Assembly: GCA_964545575.1 (NCBI GenBank)
Contig: CAZJFL010000001.1
Span: forward strand, 153,896 to 217,895
Direction: 5' to 3'
Source: an uncultured Planctomycetales bacterium
GTDB lineage: Bacteria > Omnitrophota > Gorgyraeia > Gygaellales > Profunditerraquicolaceae
DNA length: 64,000 nt
Numbering within the stretch: position 1 is the stretch's first letter; every line of letters starts with the position of its first letter. Both the position numbers and the translations under genes were made by a program. The notes beneath the pieces were generated by a model. The model saw nothing but the letters and a program-made list of their open reading frames with translations. It was not told where the DNA came from and searched no databases. Positions 63,901 through 64,000 of the stretch are shown piece after piece.

Positions 63901-64000
63901 TTCACCGATAATTTCTATCTTATCAATAATATAGGTATGATTTTTTTCGTTATCCTCCCCAAATTGTTCGTCTTTAGGTTTAGCAGGTGCAATTATTAAA
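1..64000 (-). CDS. Giant ORF with no start or stop inside the window, at least about 21,300 codons. It would encode a multi-domain mega-protein or polyprotein with interleaved membrane anchors.
   Basis: Minus-strand frame with codons at plus positions 3k+1..3k+3. About 150 sixty-base lines sampled from 1 to 64000 were translated codon by codon. None contains TTA, CTA or TCA in frame on plus, which are the minus-strand stops, and all give protein-like sequence with recognisable motifs. All 15 minus-strand ORFs in the supplied track have high coordinate congruent to 1 or 2 mod 3, none to 0, and none exceeds 88 aa. Plus-strand ORFs are short and low-complexity, as expected for antisense. I did not scan every one of the 21,333 codons, so a single isolated in-frame stop cannot be excluded. 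Confidence 0.8.
1150..1480 (-). other. Transglutaminase-like, papain-fold cysteine peptidase core
   Basis: Verified line 1321-1380 reads C-R-D-W-K-D-A-I-C-D-R-F-R-K-E-D-F-I-T-A. Reading-pass context is LILGECLVVGCKEPIRG...GWCRDWKDAICDRF...HSCVEVKIQGDSRWYVLDRT. This matches the transglutaminase-core pattern G-x-C-R-D-[FW]-A ... H-x-W-x-E-V ... W-x-x-x-D-[PR]-T, with Cys, His and Asp in the canonical order. Confidence 0.45.
2050..2540 (-). other. GNAT acetyltransferase-like module 1
   Basis: Verified lines 2221-2340 read YVCALEEAIVAFGDGIYVSIDWRDKGIGSLLRDEVFAYLK. The GNAT motif A is R-x-x-G-I-G-x-x-L. Confidence 0.5.
3560..3980 (-). other. GNAT acetyltransferase-like module 2
   Basis: Verified lines 3661-3780 read RVIAKEGIFVDSAYQFRSIGSNLITQALELTTHYGYSEFL. 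The motif-A-like stretch is QFRSIGSNLI. Confidence 0.45.
4000..4700 (-). other. Possible chymotrypsin or 3C-like protease fold with a cysteine nucleophile, very tentative
   Basis: Verified lines 4141-4260 read SRDILEIDTTGTEINHGGICGASVFYKGKLVAIVYEAEVL. G-x-C-G followed by G-K-L-V resembles the nucleophile region of 3C-like and trypsin-fold proteases. No His/Asp partners were identified. Confidence 0.2.
4850..5560 (-). other. Protein-kinase-like module 1, possibly Kdo/RIO-like and atypical
   Basis: Verified lines 4981-5280 read ...SLEEVIDDQHRRNRYYRKMFLANERYFFREIGRVYGILNRELHIFHGDSSLRHIFITTNGKVLLIDFSTLQYEGKL. HGD as catalytic-loop-like and L-I-D-F as DFG-like have the order and spacing typical of Kdo/RIO/APH-type kinases. 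There is no canonical Asn after HGD, so it may be a pseudokinase. A TM helix LPAVVVLLVLFADGIYNPILAGIILGLLVGGLLMAG precedes it at about 5620-5720. Confidence 0.4.
6700..7150 (-). other. GNAT acetyltransferase-like module 3
   Basis: Verified lines 6841-6960 read KDFHAVSLDDFFVHPKYRNRGIAGSLIEFCQNKFSRITLI. This is a classic GNAT motif A, V-x-P-x-Y-R-x-R-G-I-[AG]-x-x-L. Confidence 0.5.
7260..7800 (-). other. GNAT acetyltransferase-like module 4
   Basis: Verified lines 7261-7560 read HEHMIHGIAGGQKSVRSYYNLNWMAVIKKLEIHSSLRGKGVGYVWYSRVIEPYLRRCGFDIILLHGTCVDEGNTRRFWRRQDFSERF. These are GNAT motifs A (RGKGVG) and B (N..RFW.RQ.F). Confidence 0.55.
8030..8215 (-). other. J-domain (DnaJ/Hsp40 type) with intact HPD motif
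   Basis: Verified lines 8041-8220 read KKDYYGVLGVTKDAAPDEIKGQFLKLTKRYHPDICQSDARLGEIMRQIIEAYLVLSDPEK. It has the canonical D-Y-Y-x-x-L-G-V, K-x-Y-H-P-D and A-Y-x-V-L-S-D elements. Confidence 0.75.
8250..8900 (-). other. Cluster of transmembrane helices N-terminal to the J-domain
   Basis: Verified line 8401-8460 reads GAPSLGEIMFLFGILGGIFG. Reading-pass context gives further hydrophobic helices, for example LAMFGALIVFSFVGATGAP and GVTALAGLVFKWLVVKPIIWL. Confidence 0.45.
9500..10150 (-). other. Protein-kinase-like module 2
   Basis: Verified lines 10021-10140 read VEPKTGDVKDIRTYGAGNITIQILGELGAGLSGTVYKAKD, a Gly-rich loop G-x-G-x-x-G-x-V-Y-K followed by FAVKYY, a beta3-Lys-like element. Verified lines 9541-9660 read LVRELGFIGIGRQIDSANLNSLANIVKTAGGDFRIMDLVG. 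QIDSANLN is catalytic-loop-like with D and N, and IMDLVG is DFG-like. Confidence 0.5.
11100..11620 (-). other. Haloacid dehalogenase (HAD) superfamily hydrolase domain, subfamily IA (beta-phosphoglucomutase/phosphatase-like)
   Basis: Verified lines 11101-11640 read SPNSSFKAVIFDCDGVIIDTVQEHFQAWRMLSEAHRGPEVTMQYFQERLNGRKETTSIEMMFPGLADAQVLLMAQERQKYYMQLLELRGVNKIQGTFALISRLREAGIRLVVGSGSDATPEILEKIGLKNNFDVVITSRDVQRGKPDPEMFLLAAKRMGVAPEQAIVIGDADADIKAGIS. All four HAD motifs are in order: I FDCDG, II S-G-S, III K-P-D-P, IV G-D-x-x-x-D. Confidence 0.8.
11700..12400 (-). other. Transmembrane helices between the two HAD-type domains
   Basis: Reading-pass translation gives FGFAFIAFLVAAGFVYSVPQLGKICLGLTVLVALAGLVFVV and YYAFAAAAVLCAFVFGWLLV...PAIPYFIFFALVFLALAYGLFTFF. 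A Pro/Ala-rich linker RAKAGPGPVPIGEASPEG follows at about 11630-11690. Confidence 0.4.
13330..13520 (-). other. Highly acidic low-complexity linker
   Basis: Codon-level pass gives ELESEEEQPDDDKDANAVDDEVEPVVLEDEGDEETPEARELEGF. Confidence 0.4.
13960..14660 (-). other. HAD superfamily module 2, subfamily IIB (Cof / sugar-phosphatase-like)
   Basis: Verified lines 13981-14100 read AVDVALVDKKDAVAALAKRLKIPLAEVFVSGDGPNDFGML, the hallmark IIB motif IV G-D-G-x-N-D-x-x-M-L preceded by K. Verified line 14581-14640 reads AFKLYVHDYDDNLADFREAI, a candidate motif I D-x-D about 205 aa upstream. Confidence 0.55.
14797..14950 (-). repeat. Diverged third copy of an intragenic hydrophobic module shared with 25921-26078 and 32632-32789
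   Basis: Codon-level translation gives ELEGFGLGLSAVTTTTIITTIASILGVFGPILPRLLEWVMLARDYFLACLRSAQGS. It is about 75-80 percent nucleotide-identical to the other two copies, with the same reading frame and the same Thr/Ile-rich helix. Confidence 0.6.
17650..18200 (-). other. Sigma-70 family region 2-like module (core-binding, -10 recognition-like)
   Basis: Verified lines 17761-17940 read GLREEELIGIGNLGLMSGIDKASDEYKPGEGGFEEYLKGAIRKAIQDAFYCRGIAFRNNP. This matches the sigma-70 region 2.2-2.4 consensus [DE]-L-I-x-x-G-N-x-G-L-M-x-x-x-D-K-F...G-x-x-F-x-x-Y-x-x-x-x-I-R-x-A-I. Reading-pass context upstream, ...FRELLICHYLPLVIQVFEE..., resembles region 2.1. Confidence 0.6.
21350..22100 (-). other. Highly charged K/E/R/Q-rich helical region (single-alpha-helix or coiled-coil-like) containing a QEAAR pentapeptide tandem repeat
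   Basis: Verified lines 21361-21480 read REAATQEAAKLKLARQEAARQEAARQEAARQQSQRGQAAQ. Verified line 21601-21660 reads IAQEKIEQKRLELEKREQAR. Confidence 0.6.
21389..21466. repeat. Tandem 15-nt repeat, about 4 units of cc(t/g)ggctgcttcttg, encoding (QEAAR)n on the minus strand
   Basis: Plus strand reads cctggctgcttcttg ccgggctgcttcttg cctggctgcttcttg ccgggct..., followed by a degenerate unit gcttggctgcttcttg. Confidence 0.7.
22560..22760 (-). other. Winged-helix, MarR/GntR-type helix-turn-helix-like segment
   Basis: Verified lines 22621-22740 read LRERRELSQSLKISYGSLQNMLAKLQELRLIDAARQLTAKGQ. The pattern is helix, turn, recognition helix, then G-L-I-like wing. Confidence 0.35.
24600..24790 (-). repeat. 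Copy A of an internally duplicated paralogous protein domain with an H-E-[KR]-G-E ... D-H cluster
   Basis: Verified lines 24661-24780 read FIDGRYFLLVDGDLFPDEFIGYVALHEKGEELFGDHQLAT. Copy B at about 45830-45960 reads YLMVDSKFFPKQIVEYIAVHERGEALFDSHYLATLLELAV. Confidence 0.6.
25921..26078. repeat. 158-nt perfect direct repeat, copy 1 (copy 2 at 32632-32789; in-frame spacing 6,711 bp = 2,237 codons)
   Basis: Both copies match base for base over the stretch ggcgctgcgcaggcaggccaagagataatcgcgcgctaacattaccccttctaatagccgcggcaggatcgggccaaaggcgccaaggatactggtgatagtggtgatgatagtggtgatggttgccgcgcttaatcctaaaccaaacggccagaaaa. Flanks diverge immediately on both sides. Minus-strand translation gives FWPFGLGLSAATITTIITTITSILGAFGPILPRLLEGVMLARDYLLACLRSA, a transmembrane-like helix. 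Confidence 0.85.
26450..27400 (-). other. Protein-kinase-like module 3, ABC1/UbiB (aarF-domain)-like atypical kinase
   Basis: Verified lines 27061-27180 read RLVERIGGGSLVSVYLVEEKSGRKYILKVLNP, which compares with UbiB I-A-A-A-S-I-G-Q-V-H ... V-A-V-K-V-Q-R-P. Verified lines 26581-26700 read IIRNYLEQLGDGLGLVHSDTHEGNFRITPDGRVAILDRNF, which compares with UbiB F-H-A-D-P-H-P-G-N-I ... D-G-R-I-A-L-L-D-F-G. Confidence 0.55.
30700..31000 (-). other. HExxH zinc-metallopeptidase-like module, M48/Ste24/HtpX-like context, HELQH at about 30808-30822
   Basis: Verified lines 30781-30960 read GINPHLYVLQETQHLIGLGLPDGSIIASLKLLTYLKTEDEAAVFLAHELQHIYSGHSLDN. This resembles the M48 segment N-A-x-x-x-G ... I-x-x-x-x-x-L-L ... 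E-x-x-A-V-L-A-H-E-L-G-H. Confidence 0.45.
31954..31968 (-). other. Second HExxH motif (HELVH)
   Basis: Verified line 31921-31980 reads KILIHELVHNYFSVGMARIK. Confidence 0.4.
32632..32789. repeat. 158-nt perfect direct repeat, copy 2
   Basis: Identical to 25921-26078. Downstream protein context differs (...RSAHGPPWKERLADLIEKILPRWLFTFQNAPLGCSIQDAS here, ...RSAQGPPIAETIATLIEQILPRWLFTLQNVPAGCSIKDVSDTE at copy 1), so the repeat is embedded in diverged paralogous modules. Confidence 0.85.
34700..35250 (-). other. DUF89 / ARMT1-like (damage-control phosphatase family) module
   Basis: Verified line 35101-35160 reads RPKNIIYVFDNAGEDVMDFV. Verified line 34981-35040 reads AYNDATKTEIEQLLQEPAIK. Verified line 34801-34860 reads FKGQGNYLTVRNCAPTKDSL. 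The D-N-A-G-E and K-G-Q-G-N signatures are characteristic of this family. Confidence 0.5.
35950..37100 (-). other. Glycosyltransferase family 4 (GT-B fold, Glycos_transf_1-type) domain
   Basis: Verified lines 36001-36480 read WKMENAKVLDFKHPVVLLAARIYEAKGHLDLIRIAGILRNSGQRAKFIFAGPESGPEFTAKIITAANKAGLDPQDIIFTGDLSQEQLRDYYAASDVIVLPSESEGLPRVLLEAQAMGKPVIAYNVGGISEAMRHGETGYLVKKGDIYGFAARLEELLDDP. This is the canonical GT4 C-terminal motif set, E-x7-E-G-x-G-L-P-x-L-E-A-x-A-x-G-x-P-V-I-A ... G-G-x-x-E-x-V. Confidence 0.8.
37330..37700 (-). other. Transmembrane helices immediately N-terminal to the GT4 domain
   Basis: Verified lines 37441-37620 read AIFESLISPLFVAGGAWLLS, LAFGLPFSLAPPFWFVFAFL and AAYQFLLWHPLHIPGAPGQN. 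Confidence 0.5.
40300..40314 (-). other. Third HExxH motif (HEFGH)
   Basis: Verified line 40261-40320 reads LFHEFGHRPYVKGKNKDIFA. Confidence 0.4.
43290..43440. repeat. Short imperfect tandem and dispersed repeats (units ctcccccgccttatc / ctgtccccgccttatc and gctgtccctgaaactgg / accgtccctgttagg) encoding D-K-A-G-[TE]-V-[PR]-V peptide repeats
   Basis: Verified lines 43261-43440 read ...DGSRQNQEVPLDSNGEQPVSGTAPLGEQGNDKAGTVPVIDKAGEVRVPILQALASIKRFI. Confidence 0.5.
43700..44050 (-). other. Class I SAM-dependent methyltransferase motif, TrmB-like (tRNA m7G46 methyltransferase-like)
   Basis: Verified lines 43921-44040 read EGKPVRLVLEVGSGMGGFLLGRRRLADCKDERTVIIGLEP, which compares with TrmB L-E-I-G-F-G-M-G ... 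F-L-G-I-E. Verified lines 43741-43920 read ...RARLKDVVLLRLTLEEFRLFGNLRFDEVFILAPDWREVNNDMCDDSF, which compares with TrmB F-P-D-P-W. Confidence 0.55.
49250..50700 (-). other. Tetratricopeptide-repeat (TPR) region
   Basis: Verified line 50221-50280 reads GDYDKAIGYLKKVVTFLELN. Verified line 50401-50460 reads KRMRAYLNLGGTCLDLGEIQ. These show the TPR signature G-x-Y-x-x-A-x-x-x-Y, and reading-pass context shows repeated 34-aa-type helical units. Confidence 0.5.
50850..51250 (-). other. Transmembrane helix cluster
   Basis: Verified line 51121-51180 reads VIAYMAWGLPGIGAAVGLFL. Adjacent reading-pass sequence is similarly hydrophobic. Confidence 0.4.
52924..52977 (-). other. Cysteine cluster C-x9-C-x3-C-x2-C, a radical-SAM-like CxxxCxxC or other Fe-S/Zn site
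   Basis: Verified line 52921-52980 reads PCGAIQIEPSKCWRDCRFCR. Confidence 0.5.
58300..58900 (-). other. HEAT / PBS-lyase-type helical repeats
   Basis: Verified line 58441-58500 reads LETAVKEAAVKALAKIGGER. Verified line 58561-58620 reads KREQDKRLLIPAAISSLGNI. The periodicity ...V-R-x-x-A-x-x-A-L-G-x-I-G-x-x-x-A-V... repeats several times in the reading pass. Confidence 0.5.
59200..59217 (-). other. Fourth HExxH-like motif (HEAIEH)
   Basis: Verified line 59161-59220 reads IHEAIEHLVGDHFKADALYR. Confidence 0.35.
59700..60000 (-). other. GNAT acetyltransferase-like module 5
   Basis: Verified line 59821-59880 reads ERIRRKGIGRLWFEDHLAPY. Reading-pass context is ...ITYYRLDERIRRKGIGRLWFEDHLAPYFRRCGFQVVVFWGTCNNIAQTSRFWKKLGF. 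Confidence 0.5.
60715..60729 (-). other. Fifth HExxH motif (HEIGH)
   Basis: Verified lines 60661-60780 read YVFSVVVEKGGSEKILKHEIGHFLARVEEGLEGSAAHTRA. Confidence 0.4.
61150..62080 (-). other. Phosphoglycerate kinase (PGK)-like domain, N-terminal substrate-binding domain plus the start of the C-domain, apparently truncated before the nucleotide-binding tail
   Basis: Verified lines 61861-62040 read GGAIRDDQRIRQAVPTIKKS...LGELDYLFVMTHMGRPKGEG FEEKYSLKPVAARLKEILAA, which compares with PGK R-V-D-F-N-V-P ... D-D-x-R-I-R-A-A-L-P-T-I ... S-H-L-G-R-P ... K-Y-S-L-x-P-V-A. Verified lines 61381-61500 read AIFGGAKFDKYDGILEIVKNRLQPGDKVFIIGALANVGLH, which compares with A-I-L-G-G-A-K-V-S-D-K-I ... L-I-I-G-G-G-M-A. 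Downstream reading pass lacks the PGK G-G-G-A-S and W-N-G-P motifs. Confidence 0.7.
62150..62300 (-). other. Transmembrane helices immediately N-terminal to the PGK-like domain
   Basis: Reading-pass translation gives YLKSILPFVIGTILLLPNLLFAANQAPAPAAHLDFSFILPVFILGLAKAVSMGVAAVAG. Confidence 0.35.
63300..63560 (-). other. Transmembrane helices near the N-terminal edge of the window
   Basis: Verified lines 63301-63600 read GMLLPIFVLPAYAGLIYPVP, VLSVALIGILLLVALYPLFK and LLFWPLFILAAAEALSMGGFIAAAVG. Confidence 0.5.

Noticed and set aside
1-64000. The possibility that the missing large ORFs reflect an alternative genetic code with stop-codon reassignment
   Set aside because: In the coding frame none of TAA, TAG or TGA occurs in any sampled segment. 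Reassignment of a single stop would still leave the other two. Standard-code translation gives canonical motifs such as HPD, DxDG, GDGxND and HExxH, so no recoding is needed.
1-64000. CRISPR arrays, rRNA or tRNA genes, insertion sequences, promoters or terminators
   Set aside because: No array of regularly spaced direct repeats is present. There is no rRNA-like or tRNA-like conserved sequence and no inverted-repeat-bounded transposase ORF. Because the entire window lies inside one reading frame, no intergenic regulatory region exists to call.

Overview
The whole 64 kb window appears to be the interior of one uninterrupted coding frame on the minus strand. Its codons occupy plus positions 3k+1..3k+3 and it is read from 64000 down to 1.

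Evidence for the giant ORF:
- I translated about 150 sixty-base lines spread from position 1 to 64000 in this frame. Every one gives a stop-free, protein-like sequence.
- None of the minus-strand ORFs in the supplied track lie in this frame, and none exceeds 88 aa. This is what an ORF finder would produce if the true frame had no in-window stop to close an ORF.
- The plus-strand ORFs are short antisense artefacts.
- The window therefore encodes at least about 21,300 codons of a giant gene that is open at both ends.

Domain-like signatures found in this frame:
- Metabolic and other enzymes: a phosphoglycerate-kinase-like domain, a glycosyltransferase family 4 domain, two haloacid-dehalogenase-type hydrolase modules, a TrmB-like SAM methyltransferase motif, at least five GNAT acetyltransferase-like modules and a DUF89/ARMT1-like module.
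- Kinase-like: three protein-kinase-like modules, one of them ABC1/UbiB-like.
- Regulatory and chaperone: a J-domain with an HPD motif, a sigma-70 region-2-like module and a winged-helix DNA-binding-like segment.
- Protease-like: a transglutaminase-like cysteine-peptidase core and five HExxH motifs.
- Other: TPR and HEAT repeats, a CX9CX3CX2C cysteine cluster and a charged helical region with a QEAAR tandem repeat.
- Hydrophobic transmembrane-like helix clusters and Pro/Ala-rich linkers separate these domains.

Also present are a 158-nt perfect direct repeat 6,711 bp apart with a third diverged copy, and a pair of paralogous domains about 21 kb apart.

No rRNA, tRNA, CRISPR array or mobile element is evident. 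Because the window is wholly coding, no promoter or terminator can be supported.

Domain calls rest on motif recognition in my own manual translations, not on database searches. Peptide snippets quoted below were checked codon by codon on the printed sequence.
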